Below, piece by piece: positions 24,045 through 37,495 of a stretch of DNA of 64,000 nucleotides. How positions within the stretch are numbered: the stretch's first letter is position 1; each line of letters starts with the position of its first letter. The stretch is from Podarcis erhardii (taxonomy: Eukaryota): assembly GCA_964252035.1 (NCBI GenBank), contig OZ176202.1; one strand, given 5' to 3'. The notes beneath the pieces are model-generated. The model did not search any database. It saw nothing but the letters and a program-made list of their open reading frames with translations, and was not told where the DNA came from. The position numbers and the translations under genes are program-made.

Positions 24045-24403
24045 GAATTATGGTGCTGGAGGAGACTCTTGAGAGTCCCATGGACTGCAAGAAGATCAAA
24101 CCTATCCATTCTTAAGGAAATCAGCCCTGAGTGCTCACTGGAAGGACAGATCTGGAAGCCGAGGCTCCGAAACTTTGGCCACCTCATGAGAAGAGAAGAC
24201 TCCCTGGAAAAGACCCTGATGTTGGGGAAGATGGAGGGCACAAGGAGAAGGGGACGACAGAGGACGAGATGGTTGGACAGTGTTCTCGAAGCCACAAACA
24301 TGAGCCTGACCAAACTGCGGGATGCAGTGAAAGACAGGAGTGCCTGGCGTGCTCTGGTCCATGGGGTCACGAAGAGTCGGACACGACTAAACGACTAAGC
24401 AAA
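24045..24403 (+). mobile_element. Bov-B (RTE clade) LINE 3' end
   Basis: Open frame ELWCWRRLLRVPWTARRSN...EKTLMLGKMEGTRRRGRQRTRWLD...AWRALVHGVTKSRTRLND, the Bov-B ORF C-terminus. Confidence 0.95.
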
Positions 24404-26604
24404 GTCCCCCAAAGACAGCTCCAAGCCCAGATTATTCAAGCAGCAGCAGCAAAAACATGACCCTCTCAGCTTTTTCTCAGCTTTTAGAATGCCAGTCTAC
24501 AGATAGTCACATCCACACAATACATTTAAAGCACATTTTCCGCCACAAAGAATTCTCAGAACTGCCATTTGTTAACAGTGCTGGGAACTGTAGCTCGGTA
24601 AACTTTACACCTATGCTGTGGATAAGCTGTCTTTGTCCTTTTGCCAGCTTGGATGGGTGTTATATTCCAAAGACTGGAAAAGAGCTTTCCAGCCCATTAA
24701 TCATCAAGTCTTTTGTTAGACCTCAACCACCCATTACTTTGTCAGGCAGAACTAGAGTGATAAAACCCTTCGTGTCAATCGTGACAGCCAAACTCATAAC
24801 ACCATAGATACTTCACTATGAGATGCAGGCATTTGCAAAAGCTTAGGTGAACTTCTCCCCACCCCACCCGTTCAAGAAGCAGAGCACACAATTGTCCAAA
24901 TACACTTGAAATGGCAGATAAGATCACTGGAATCTGTGAACCTGGGACTAGAGACTAAAATCTTATACAAATAGCTGTACTGGAAAGAGCCGGTCATTTG
25001 AAATGACCTTCAGAGTCTTATCTTAAAAACAAAAAACAAAACACCTTGAGTGGTACCCAGACAGGGACAGGAAATTATTCCCGTCTGAGGCAATAGGCTT
25101 CAATTAGCCAGCACCATTAAGAACAGGAAACACTCATCCACTTTGTCCAGAGTATCTTGGGAAGCACAGAAGAGAAGGTGAAAAAGGCAACTATCACAAA
25201 CAGGCAGCCACCAAAATTTCGCAGCAAGAAGGATCTATTTTTACATTGCCGCTGTCCATAGAAATGAAAAAAAGATGCTTATAATAACATAATGTCATTA
25301 TTTTCACAATGCCACCAGTTTCATAATGGACTGGTGTCTAAATCCAAAGATGCAAACCCAAACTACATGTTGCATGCCAACACCACAACAGAAGTCTGGC
25401 AGTGACACCTTTTTGAACCAGAAAACGTCCCTTCCAGTGGTTGTGATTTGGAACAGAGAAGCAGGGAAAGCAGGGCCAGCCTCAGATTTGAAAGAGTCCT
25501 GGGCTGGTGGACTCCTTCCTTTGTTGATGGGTCTTGGAAAAGATACTTGACAGTGGCAGTAAGCAGAAGAAACAGCAAAAGCTCTCCGAGTGGCTGGTTA
25601 TAGCTGCCATTTACATTTCCCACAATTCCCCAGAGCAATGGGGCATTGGGGGCTTTGTTGGGGCTACCCGATGGTCCACGACAGCCATAATCAATGCTCA
25701 ATGGGCCCTGACAAGACACTGTGGCCACGAAAGCTGCCCAAGGATGCCAGGTGTTGATCCTGGTCCCGTTCTTAACCCGTTGCCCACCCGCCATCCCCCC
25801 TCCTCCTGACTGCAAATAGCAACCACCTAAAAGTAGTTTTCCCAATTCAAAAACATTCTTCCATTTTGTGCATTTGTCCAAACATGATCTTGTGTCTTAG
25901 AAGGAGACAAACCACAAGCCTGTGAATCCTGGCTTAGCTGTGAATAGTGTGGGGGTGGCAGGACCAGGGAATAAGCAGTTGTGATGTTCACTCCAGGAAC
26001 TTGCATATTTGCTCATTCACACTAAACCATGGTTTGACTTAGTGTTGCATATAAACTGGGCCTTTCTTACAACCACCCTGCAAAATATGCAAGGATGCAA
26101 ATCCTTGTATTTTATGCAGGGCTGAAACTGAATGACTGTGGCTTGTCTTGTTTCTCTTTAAGTAGCAAGTGCATACTTTCTCGGGTGTGACTAATACAAA
26201 GCTTAAACTGGTAAAGTCTATGATTCTTGTAAAGAGTCAGAAATTTTAGACAACCACCTATTTATACATTTGTAGAGGAAAAGTATAAGGGAGATGAAAA
26301 TGCACAAATGTACATTTTTATCCTGGCTCTACCAAAATAACACCCCGTTTGAACATATTCTAAGGAGATGCATCATGAAAATTGTTAATAATATCTTTGG
26401 AAGGGAGAAATGAAGAAAACGATAGCCCATTTTATATGCAATGGCTCATTAGGAGAGTGTTATAGCTGCAATGGATTTAGGAGGAAAGCTGTCACTAAGA
26501 AACAGCAAATCTTATTCAATCTGGAATGTGCAGGGCTGGGTTAACCACTATGGACACATCTTCACTATTCAGGTGAAGCTATATCATGCCACTTGGCGTC
26601 TCCC

Positions 26605-26810
26605 AAACTATCTTGGGAACTATAGTTTGTGAAGAGTGCTGAGAGTTATTGGGAGACTCCTCTTTTCCTTACAGAGCTACAATTCCCAGAGATGTTTTAA
26701 CAGTCAGTCCCTGTTCTGAGGGAACTTTGGGAATTGTAGCTTACTGAGGCGAATGGGGTCCCCCAACAACTCTCAGTGCCTTTAACAAACTAAAGTTCCT
26801 GGGAAGGAGA
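26605..26810. mobile_element. Palindromic MITE-like repeat related to 13444-13799
   Basis: Inverted GGGAACTATAGTTTGT / ACAAACTAAAGTTCC and AGCTACAATTCCCA / TGGGAATTGTAGCT pairs. Confidence 0.6.
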
Positions 26811-26858
26811 CCATGAGGGCCAGGATCAGTGCCCATCCACAGACCAGAGGGCTGACCC

Positions 26859-26909
<51 letters not shown>

Positions 26910-27115
26910 TTATAATTTATACCCTGCCCATCTGGCTGGGTTTCCTCAGCCACTTTGGGCGGCTCTCAACAGAATATTAAAAACACGTTAAAGTATCAAA
27001 CATTAAAAACTTCCCTAAACAGGGATGCCTTCTAAAAGTCAGATAGTTGTTTATTTCCTTAACATCTAATAGGATGCTGTTACACATGGTGGGCGCCACT
27101 ACCAAGAAGGCCTTT
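26859..27115 (-). mobile_element. L2-clade LINE 3' end with (TAA)n tail
   Basis: Collinear with 23214-23458. Confidence 0.85.
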
Positions 27116-28190
27116 AAGAGACTTTAGATATCCAGAAAGCAACGTGGGGTGCATAGGAGAGGTGGACTGACTGCAGAGGCTCAAAAAGACCTTGGTTCAC
27201 TTCCAGCCCTTGTCAGAGCAACGCTGACTAGCACAGGAGCATTAACACTTGACTTGGACTAGAGAGACAGTGACTCTTCTTTACCAAATCTATTTGGCCC
27301 AAACGGGGAGGGGGGAGCCTGCAGACATCTTACTAGCCTTCCAAAGTAACGTGACGTGTGATAACTGAACCATACATCCGAAATATATTATAAAAAAGAT
27401 GGCATTGGCCATCCTTCCTTGTGCAGAGGATAGCAAATTAAAAAACAACGAAGAATTGCAACTGTGCATCAAGGAGCTGGTGCTTTTGAAAATGAAAAAT
27501 TAGCTATATATCAACCTGTACACAGTATGTGATAAATCAATCCTATATTGTACATCTGAGGAAGAATAAACTAAATTATGAATCTCATTTGTGGGTTTGA
27601 AATACTCTGCACAGAAATACTTCAGGGCAGAGGGATGGAACTGAAACCAAACTCCAGAAATAATAATAAAAAATATCTATCTTTTTGTAGTTTTCATGCT
27701 ATTTTTCTTTTTCTACATACAAGCCAACGTGAGAGCAGATAATGTTTACCTAACTGTCTCTTGTTCTAAGGTTCTGGTCATGAGAGTCAGTTGACAGCAG
27801 CTGAATTGCAACTGGCAAGTCTGGCGTGTGGCCAAATGATTGTTCTACCAAGTGCTTGGCTCCCAACTCAAGCAACTTTTCAAAACTGCAATGCCAGTGT
27901 ACCTGTTTCCACCAGTTTTGCAGCATTGTGGCAAGCTGGCATGGGAGGGAAGCCTCCACATGACCATGTCAAGCACTGCCCAACTTGTCATAGAGCCACC
28001 CAACCCAAACTCCGCAAAACCCGAAATAGTGTCCCGGTTTGTGAACTTTAACGGATTAAGTTTGTAAACTGAGGTACCACTGTACTTCCTAAGAACTCAA
28101 TGTGGCTGAGTGAATATACCGTAATTTGCCACCAGTCTTTAAGGCTCCTCAAGTGAGATTTTTTGTTCTTGCCTTTTTTATACTCTAGAC

Positions 28191-28326
28191 CAGTGTTTCC
28201 CAAACTTGGGTCCCCAGCTGGTTTTGGACTACAACTCCCATCATTCCTAGATAGCAAGACAAGTGGTCAGGGATGATAGGAATTGTAGTCCAAAAACAGC
28301 TAGAGACCCAATTTTGGGAAACACTG
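28191..28326. mobile_element. 136-bp hAT (Charlie-like) MITE
   Basis: TIR CAGTGTTTCCCAAA / TTTGGGAAACACTG and a perfect 8-bp TSD CTCTAGAC (28183-28190 / 28327-28334). Confidence 0.95.
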
Positions 28327-31300
28327 CTCTAGACCATCCTGTTTGACTTTATGTATATAACAAAAGGCCATCTTCATGACTGGTTGGGATTGTTCATTGA
28401 CTGCTTTTCTTGTACTGTAATATAAAAAGTATTCATGGTTTATAGTTAGATAATGCTGCTTTATTGTTTTCCTTGAGGAGTTCAGTTTGTGTTTAAGATG
28501 AGAGGAGGGGAGAAACAAGAGTTAATCAGGAGGAGGAGGGGAATTCCATTCTTAAGCAGGCATGGGTGCCTTTGACATCCCCAGCTCACTTACTCCTCCT
28601 CTTTAAAACTCCATTATTTAGCGGAAGGACACACATGCTGAGTCACCGGCAAAGGTTAATAAGCGCAAGTGTTGCAACAGCAGACACCCATTAGAGGAAC
28701 AAAGGAACTGTTGACAGTTAATAGTGCATAGCTAATTCTGATTAAAAAGCTAGACTGGGTGCCTTTAAAGGTCCTATAGTGAAAGGGGTTCAGAAAAGGG
28801 CATTGGCAGAATGAACTCCTGCAAGGATTCTGACTGAGCTTAGGCATAACGTTTCCCCTGATTTTGTGTTGCAGTAGAATCCATGAGACATCTCTGCGGA
28901 GTGCAGCATGCATTCCACCACAACGCGGGCGAAGTCCCACCTTTCTTCTGCTTGAAGTACCTTGATGCTCTGCTAACAACTCCAGAGGGATTTTATAAAC
29001 AACAGAGTGAGGGGTGGTGCAAACAATCATAATTATTAGGAGAAATGCCGTTGTAGAATGCATGGAGAAGGAGGACTATCATGAACTGGCCAAGGAACTG
29101 CCAACCCCAGCTCAGATTGGGGCTACTGGTAAAAGTGGCCATGGAAAGGGTTGCTGGCTCTCTTCATATATAACACATTTCCCACAAGCCTTTCTCCAAG
29201 TTATCTGAGAACTTGAACTTGCATGGACAAGTCTGACTATAAGAGCTGGATTACAGACGACACATTAAATTATATCTGGGTCTCAGCTTTCAACGTCAAG
29301 GGGTGGAGGTGGGGTGAAAGCTATCAATCTTGACCATGTTGTGGCTGGGGATGGAGCTAGTAACACGTGTCCAAATGCAACGTACGGAACAATTGGCAAA
29401 ATTCCATCACTGGGCATGTGGGACAGGGGTACCATTTTGTCTTTCACCTCAGGCAGCAAAATGTCTAGGACTGACCTGCCAAGAGGAAGCTGTATCTTCA
29501 TGGCACTGTTAGGGGAAGGGGAATCAGGGCATTCATTCAACTGACCTGTCCTCCCCGCAACTCAAGTCAAACAATGCCCATAATTTAGTTTGAGCCACTT
29601 ATTCCTGTCAACAGGAGGCTGCAAAGGAACAATTGAAAAGTGCTACTGGCAACAGTGGCACCAGTGATGGATTTTTCAATGGCATATTTTGTTACTACTT
29701 TAAAATATATTATTTCATACTTTTTGTTTAGCACTATAGCACCAAAGCACTGGGTGCGCCTCTGAAAGAGCACCCTGTATGGGACTCTTGTGCTTTGTAG
29801 AAGCATTTCCACTTGAATTTATGCAAGTAACCTTAACCCACCCAAGAAACCTTAATGGAGCCAGAGCAATAGACTGCACAAAATGTTTTGTAATGGCTTA
29901 CAAGGTTGCATACATTTTGGAAAACTGGATGTCAAGATGACAAAGTTTCAGATTGGCCTCCTACTTAAAATGCCAGCTTTCTTTGCACTGGGATTTTATT
30001 TGGTTTGATTGTGCAGAGGAGCACTCAGCCATGGGAGCACTTTCCTATAGTCTGAAGACTTACAGTCCACAGGCAGATTTGTGAGAACTAGGCTAATATT
30101 CTGGGTGAATAAAAAAGCAAGGATACTGCCATTACTTACTGAGAGGTCACAACCACACCATATACATCTAAAACACATCTGAGGCACATGGCTTCCTCCA
30201 AAAGAATCCTGGGTACTATACCTGAGACCTGTGGGTATAGGGTGGTATACAAATTGTTGTTGTTGTTGTTGACCCCCCCCCCAGAACAATGATTTCCTGC
30301 TCCCTTAACAAACCAGAATTCCCAAGATTCTTTGAGGATGCTATGGCTTTAGATATATGGTGTTGATGTGACCTTGGCTTCTGAAAGACTAGCAAGAGAA
30401 GAAGAAAGTATGGCTCAAAGGAGGGGTTGGCTTTGTTCATGGATGCCCCTCCCCCAAATAAAAAGCATTAAATTGGGGAGAGACATGATGGGACTTGCTT
30501 GAAAGTGGTTATCACAGTCTGGTTTCCTATACACACAAGCATTGGATCTGCCATCTCAAGAGGCTATGTGAGAAGATGAGTGAGAACAAATGATAAACGG
30601 CCTTTAAATGGAAGAGAAGTAATTTCTGATTGAAGCCAGCCAGATGATAAGATGCTATTAACAGAAGTAAGTTCTGACGGAAAGGCACGATAGTTGGGAA
30701 CTCGCAACTTATGTAAGGTTCTTATGTAAGGCGGTCTATGATTCATTTGCACAAAAAGTGTCAAAATTCAATGCCTCTGATGGAGAAAATAGAAGCAATA
30801 AAAAGTCATCTGGAAGGAAAGCGTAATTCATGCTTAGGACCAGCTCAGCCAGAGCAGAAATTCAGGGATGGCCCCCTATGAATGAATCTCTTTTTTAATG
30901 AAGCCAACTTTGCCATGAAGGGTGTCGTTACTTCCAAAGGAATATGCTTCCAAAGGAATATGTAAGAAAAATCTTACAACTGGGATTTATGGTAATAGTT
31001 CTGACTCATCCAGGTAGTCACACTGAAGCCAACACAATATTACTGGAAGTTCAATGTGGTTTTGTAAGCTAAGGCTGCAGGTGAAGAAGAACCTGCAGTG
31101 CTGAACATTTCTTTTTCTTTTTTGGCAGTGAGTCAGTATGAAGCCCATGTTTCCAGGTTTCTCCTTATTAAGTGTAGCAATAATGCTGTCAGCTTTGCCT
31201 GTTCCTGTAATAACACCCCCCTGCCCCAAAATAAGCCAAACTGGAAGACAGGCTTGAGATAATGAAAAATGTATACTTAAAGTAGTGCAATCTACATGGT

Positions 31301-31879
31301 TTCTAATTCAGCTCATCTGAATATCACCGGCAACATGCTGCAGCCCGCAAAAGTCTTGATTTGCCAGTCCACATGGCTGACAAAGATCATCTAGATCAAT
31401 TTCAATCTGGCTTCACTGAGAGTGGTGGCTTTAAACCTGTCCTGGGCAACATTGCACATCCTCTGAAGGTCCAGGTCCTCAGTTTGGCTGGCACTATTAA
31501 ATCTGACATGCTAGGGGAGTGCTATTAAATCTTCTGTGGCACTCAGCACCTCTCATTAGCTTAGGCCGGTATGCCAACTATGGCCCTTCCTGGCTAGAGA
31601 CAGTCTAGCCTGGTCATTTATCCTCCAGCAGCATCATGTTTGGACTACTTACCATGGGTGGCACCTGAGGGTGGGGCTGCCTTTGGAAACTGCAATTGGC
31701 TTAAAGGGTATACTGGGACTGGGACAGAGTGCAGCAGATACCGCATATGCCACCTTGAGCTCCTTGGCGGAAAGCTGGGATATAAATGCAATGAATGAAT
31801 CAAATTTCTGCTTGTACTGCAGGCTATGAATGAATGCAATGAATGAATCAAATTTCTGCTTGTACTGCAGGCTACGCAT

Positions 31880-32070
31880 CATAGGAGCAAACTCCTAGGG
31901 GCTATGGGGGCTTCAGCCCCCACAATAAACTATTTGAGGGGGCCAGTGCCCCCACAAAGTTGATGGGCATTCCCATTTGAATGGTGTGTGTGCACCGCAT
32001 CATGTGATCAATTATGCAGGGTGGGGCTTACTTGGGCCCCCACAATATTTCAATCAAGTTGGCACCCCTG
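31880..32070. mobile_element. hAT-type MITE
   Basis: Termini CATAGGAGCAAACT / AGTTGGCACCCCTG. Imperfect 8-bp TSD CTACGCAT / CTAAGCGT (6/8). Confidence 0.65.
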
Positions 32071-32706
32071 CTAAGCGTATGAGGTAGGATATCCCTGGTT
32101 CAAATCCCAAACTGTAAACTTACTGACTGGTTTTTGTGAAGGCACTCTAAGGCTCAGCCCCCACCAGAAAGAGCTCGCCAGGTGGGGCAGAGTTGTTACA
32201 CAACTTCCAGGGAAGTGGGTTGATGTTGGTTACTGGGAGGGAGAAGAGAAGGAGCAAGGCAGCAGGAAGTCTCTGAGGAGGAACACCAAATTGGCTCTAC
32301 CAGTGTATTTCCACCACCTCAGTCCCTGTCCCTCTCCTTCTGTCTCTCCCAGTAAGCAACAGTAGCTCACTTGCTGGGAAGCTAGTGTCATGCCTCAGCT
32401 CCACCTGGTAAACTGTGTCTGGCCCACATTACTTTATGACTGATTTAGTTTAAAGTACTTATATGTCATCTTTCAGGGCAAAACCCTCCCAAAGTGGCTT
32501 TTACAACTGCCAATATAGCTTCCCAAATGTAGCAGGAGCACTGGGCTTCTAAGTAATTTACAGGGCAATCTACTTGCAGTTTTTCCAGTCTCCCCAATGA
32601 TATTCCTGTTATCCTCCACACTGCTGTGCCAGTGTTGTATTTTCTTTCCTGGGTAAAGTCCCCACCCCCTACATTTTCTCAAGCTATGTCTGTGGAACAG
32701 AATGTG

Positions 32707-32840
32707 GGTTTCCATAGTGTGGAGACCTTCAGAAGCTTTGGATTACAACTCCCATAATCCCCAATCATTGGCCATGCTGGCTGGGGCTGATGGGAGTTGC
32801 AACCCACAACATCTGGAGGGCACCTGGTTGCAGAAGGTAG
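32707..32840. mobile_element. Degenerate hAT MITE with ACAACTCCCA...TGGGAGTTG core
   Basis: Same hairpin core and ACATCTGGAGGGC end motif as 35376-35511. Confidence 0.65.
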
Positions 32841-33290
32841 GCGTGGAGCGTTCTGCTTCACAAAGGGGAACTTGTCTATTCAACAGACACTTTACAGTCA
32901 TAGAACAGGGTGACCTTGCACTTTTACAGGGCCACACAGAGCACAGTTTGTTTGCTAAACAGTGGTCTTTGGGAACATGTTTCTAAGAAATAATAAATTA
33001 TGGCATCTGTACAAAAATAGGATCTCAAGTACTTTCAGAACTGAAAATTAGAGGTACAGTAAAAAGGTAACCTCTAGGTTGAGGAAGATGACTCTTCAGT
33101 ACTTCATTCAAATTGGAGGAAACTGGTATAATTGGTCTTGGGGTTTCAGCCATGTCATCAAGGTTAGCTGAGTGATGTTTGATAATTGTTGGCTTCAATA
33201 TGCCGACAGAACCTGTATCTCTAGCACAGTCTGTTGTCACTGTCATTTCTATTAACATGAATTTATACTGAATGCCGTATATTCACAACA

Positions 33291-33508
33291 CAGTGGTACC
33301 TCAGGTTACAGATGCTTCAGGTTACAGACTCCGCTAACCCAGAAATAGTACCTCAGGTTAAGAACTTTGCTTTAGGATGAGAACAGAAATTGTGTGGCAG
33401 TTGCAGCGGGAGGCTCCATTAGCTAAAGTGGTACCTCAGGTTAAGAACAGTTTCAGGTTAAGAACGGAACTCCCGAACAAATTAAATTCTTAACCCAAGG
33501 TATCACTG
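33291..33508. mobile_element. Tigger/mariner-like MITE
   Basis: TIR CAGTGGTACCTCAGGTT / AACCCAAGGTATCACTG with TA on the right. Collinear with 42855-43077. Confidence 0.9.
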
Positions 33509-35375
33509 TACTCTTTGGTGTTTGTGATGTTTTGCTGGGCAGTTCCTTGAAAGCTTGTTTAGGCTACAACTTGCTGATCTGTCCATCTCCACTGTATTCA
33601 TTCGAAGGATCGGTAATACTGATGTAAGGCTGTGTGATGGTCACTCATCCCCAACCTCTGTATTCAATGCTAAATACTAGTAAATGGTTTAAAAGTACAG
33701 TGCCATGGGTTTAAATTTATTCTTCTGTTCAGCTTCCTTGTTGTTATAGAACCACAATAATAATATTTGCTTTGGGAAGTGTTTCAAGACCCATGGTGAG
33801 CAGCACATCCATTCACTGCCACAGTGTTTCTGCCTGGCTTGAGGATGAAACCAGGCCATTCATTCAAATGTGGTGGCACAGAAGGAGCTCTGGAAGAACC
33901 ACACAGTTGAGGCACTCTCCAAGAAGGTGCCCACAAAGTACGGCTGTGAATGGACACCATTCCATGCTCAATTTCCAGCCCAACAGTCCCCCAGAATCTG
34001 CTGTTCTTTTGGACAACAAGGGGTATGTGCAGATTATTTACATGCACTCCATACAAAGGCAAGCATGCAGGAACTAGCAAGATACTCATCATGTCCAGGT
34101 GTTTAAACATGAAATGGCCCACTCATGTTTAAAGAGGGAGTGGGGGTCCAATTTTAATAGCAAGAGGGACAGACAGCTGCGGGAGGCTGAATGCTTTTGA
34201 CCCCTGCCTGCATCTACTGTCACTGTAGACCAGGATGGATGAATTAGTCTATTTCAGGTCTATGTTAATTTGGAGAATAGAAGAAAACACTCTGGGAGAG
34301 AAGGAACAGACATCAGAACCTGCATTCTAAGGCCACGAACATGGAGTTGTTGATTTGTTCATTTTATAAATGAATGTATCATTATAAACTATCATGGCTC
34401 ACAACATCAATTAAGAACATCACATAACCAAAGCAATAACAATTTCAAAAGAGGAGGTGGAGGAGGAGGAGGAGGAGGAGAGCTTAAGACAAAACAGAAA
34501 AAGGGTTACCAGATTGCCAAAAAGCTATTAAGAAGTTATGTTCCAAGGAAATTTGCTTCAAAGTAAGTCATGCATCTAAGATAATGAGTGTTAATAAGAT
34601 GTTTGGAAATGTTTGCATGGGGTAAATGTACCTTTAAGGCAATTCTGGTTTTCTGTTCAGGGGAGCAACAGAGCGAACAGTTGGCTCTTGAGCACTGAGT
34701 AATAAATTAAAATGTCCTATAAATCAAGTGTTTTACAAAAGCATGAATGGCTGATTTCATGATGTGATTAAAATCATCAAGGGAAAAGCATTCCAGTCAA
34801 CAATACTTCAAAGTTGTGCACCTGTACCTTTGAAAGTAACTTTCATGATACACTTTCCGCAACTCTAAAGGCCTCCTGATCCAATTTAAAGCCATCTCTT
34901 CCTGTAGTTTCAACCAATACTACTGCCTGGGTGGTAGACTTTGACTTAGGGACTGAAGTGGCCCATCGATTCTTGGCAAACAAGATGTGCTACAGGAGAA
35001 TGAGGGTCAGAATCCCTCATGCTTTGGGTTTTGTTTACAAATTAGGAACCGCATGTGGATGCATTGAAAACCAGGGAAGTGGCACTAGAGCAGGCGAGTT
35101 TTTCCTTCCATGCTGTTTCCCCTGATCTAAATTGTCCCCTCTTTAAAAAGCTGCTATTAACTTTGTGAGGAAAAGATATTCCTTTGTGATGATATCTATG
35201 AGTGCTTCCATGAGGGATTTTGTTGGGAATTGGTCTCCTTGTGCACCCATGATTTTCACAGGGCCCATCCGATGCCATTGACATCAAAATACCATCCTGT
35301 ACATTTTTTATATTTAATGCAGATTTGCTCTTAACCCGGAAAACCTGGTAAATAAAAATAACCAATTATATAGAT

Positions 35376-35511
35376 CAGGCATAGGCAAACTCGGCCCTCC
35401 AGATGTTTTGTGACTACAGCTCCCATCATCCCTGACCACTGGTCCTGTTAGCTAGGGGTGGTGGGAGTTGTAGTCCCAAAACATCTGGAGGACCGAGTTT
35501 GCCTCTGTCTG
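35376..35511. mobile_element. 136-bp hAT MITE
   Basis: TIR CAGGCATAGGCAAACTCGG / CCGAGTTTGCCTCTGTCTG and a perfect 8-bp TSD ATATAGAT (35368-35375 / 35512-35519). Confidence 0.95.
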
Positions 35512-35732
35512 ATATAGATTCAGTCACAGCTGCTATGGAAGCTCATTTTGGAGGGGTGGGCAGTTTGTCCTATGTGTGCTAATGTTTTGGTGGGTGAGCT
35601 CTAGGGATGGGGAAGCAATTTGATTTGGTGAATGCATCAAACTGGCATTTTCCAAAATGACATCAGAACCAAAATACAGCTATCTTAAAAATTCACACTT
35701 ATCTTACTTTTGCAATGTAGCTCTCCAACCAA

Positions 35733-36094
35733 GGACATGGGTGGCACTGTGGTTTAAACCACTGAGCCTCATGGGCTTGCCAGTCAGAAGGTCGGTGGTT
35801 CGAATCCTTGCGACGGGGTGGGTGAATTCCCGTTGCTCAGCTCCTGTCAACCTAGCAGTTCAAAAGCACACCAAAAAGTGCAAGTAGATAAATAGGTACC
35901 GCTCCGGTGGGAAGGTAAATGGCGTTTCCATGCGCTGCTCTGGTTTCACCAGAAGCGGCTTAGTCATGCTGGCCACATGACCCGGAAAAACTCTCTGCAG
36001 ACAAACGCCAGCTCCCTCGATCTGTAAAGTGAGATGAGTGCCGCAACCTCAGAGTTGTCTGAGACTGGACTTAACTGTCAGGGGTCCTTTACCT
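35733..36094 (+). mobile_element. Sauria SINE (subfamily B)
   Basis: GGGTGGCACTGTGGTTTAAACC head, GTTCGAATCC B box, and GGGGTCCTTTACCT tail. Confidence 0.9.
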
Positions 36095-37495
36095 CACACT
36101 AACATGCTGGCGAATTATCAAGAGTTTTAACTGGGTTAAAAAAACAATCCTGCATAAATGTGAATAACTTAATTTAAAATTGGGAAAATTAGAAATTGAG
36201 AGAAGTGAAATTGACAGATCCTTCCAGCTTCAGAGGCCACTAATGCCAAGTCCCTACTTTTGTTTCTACAAGTTAGCCATTTTGATTCTGCTGACCCAAA
36301 CATACAAGTGTGCCTATTTCTACTCAGTGTTGTCTGCTGAAGACACATCTAATTTTCAATAACCTGTTTCAGAGGAACTGTTTTCTCCTATTTCCACATT
36401 GTATATATGGGGGACTAATTCAGTGACTGTAATTAAGTAACCACAACAACTGTGGCATTGTGCAAGCTTTCCCTTTTGCATGGGTCTCAAACATACCAGA
36501 AAAATACAGCTAAAGATAATTTTTAAAATAGCACAAAAAACCTGAAGAGAGGTGTTCATTTTACACTGTTTTAAAACCTAAGACAAAGCCCTTTTCACAC
36601 AGCTGGAAAAGCTTGTTGCAAATGTTTATTCTGAAATGTAAAAAACTGAAAACTCAATAAAAATTATATAGGATAAACATGGCCATATAAACCTTACAAG
36701 TCTGCAATATGGGGTGGGGGAGTGTCTTTCCCATTTGTAAAATGTATTTACTCTTTTCAGGAAGGCTAACTTTCTACATGCCTACAGCTGATCATCCTTT
36801 TGTGTCCTGAAAATCCGTAACTAATATTTCAACTGAAGCAATGCTGAATTTTTGGGTGGTGACCACTTGAATCTTAGCTTCTTTCTCAATTGTCTCCTTT
36901 ACCTTACGGTTCATTTTTATTTGTGACCCTGTGCAGTACCTATTTATGCCCTGATCTCTGTATTATTAAAATGAATTTTTAAAAAATAAAAACAATAATT
37001 ATATCACGTCTATAGTGACAGAACAAGCCAACCATATGTTAATATAACCATACAGTTCACAATCTATCAAAATTTTATCATACCTAGGGAAGATAAACAA
37101 GATGGAAAGTGATTAATTGTAAGCGATGAAGGGAAATTTGCATAGACAAGCATCACCTACATGCAAGAGAAAATAATAGCACCATGGAGTCAATGAAGTC
37201 TGAGAACACCTGCTGTGTCTGATTGAGGATTGTTAGCATCCCCATTCAAATTTACATTTGTATTCATTTTCTGGAACCATTTGTTAAACATTTGGGGTTA
37301 GGGGTTCTTTTCCTATTGCACTGGCTCACTTGTAAGCTTAGCAGTACAAGAAGAGGCCTAAGTGAGCCTCAGGCTCATGTGCTCTCCCCTCCATCTTTGA
37401 TGCAGCTGCGTGGAGGAGTTTGCAAACTTGTGCTACCTTTTAGATTACCACAGTTTCGTACGCCATCCTACCCAGATAAACCGGTTAATCTTCAC

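Noticed and set aside
25702-25740. Hammerhead look-alike TGGGC-C-CTGACAAGACACT-GTGGCCAC-GAAAGCT-GCCCA
   Set aside because: The core is CUGACAA rather than CUGANGA, there are extra bases before stem II, and G sits at the cleavage position. At best it is a dead remnant.
25363-25881. 172-aa minus-strand ORF and overlapping plus-strand ORFs
   Set aside because: No recognisable domain or flanking splice signals; consistent with chance.
30931-30962. Perfect 16-bp tandem duplication CTTCCAAAGGAATATG (similar small ones near 30708, 56445 and 63135)
   Set aside because: Ordinary slippage-type duplications with no associated structure.
31785-31874. Repeat-spacer-repeat patterns as a possible CRISPR-like array
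   Set aside because: Only two units, in a vertebrate context, with no cas genes.
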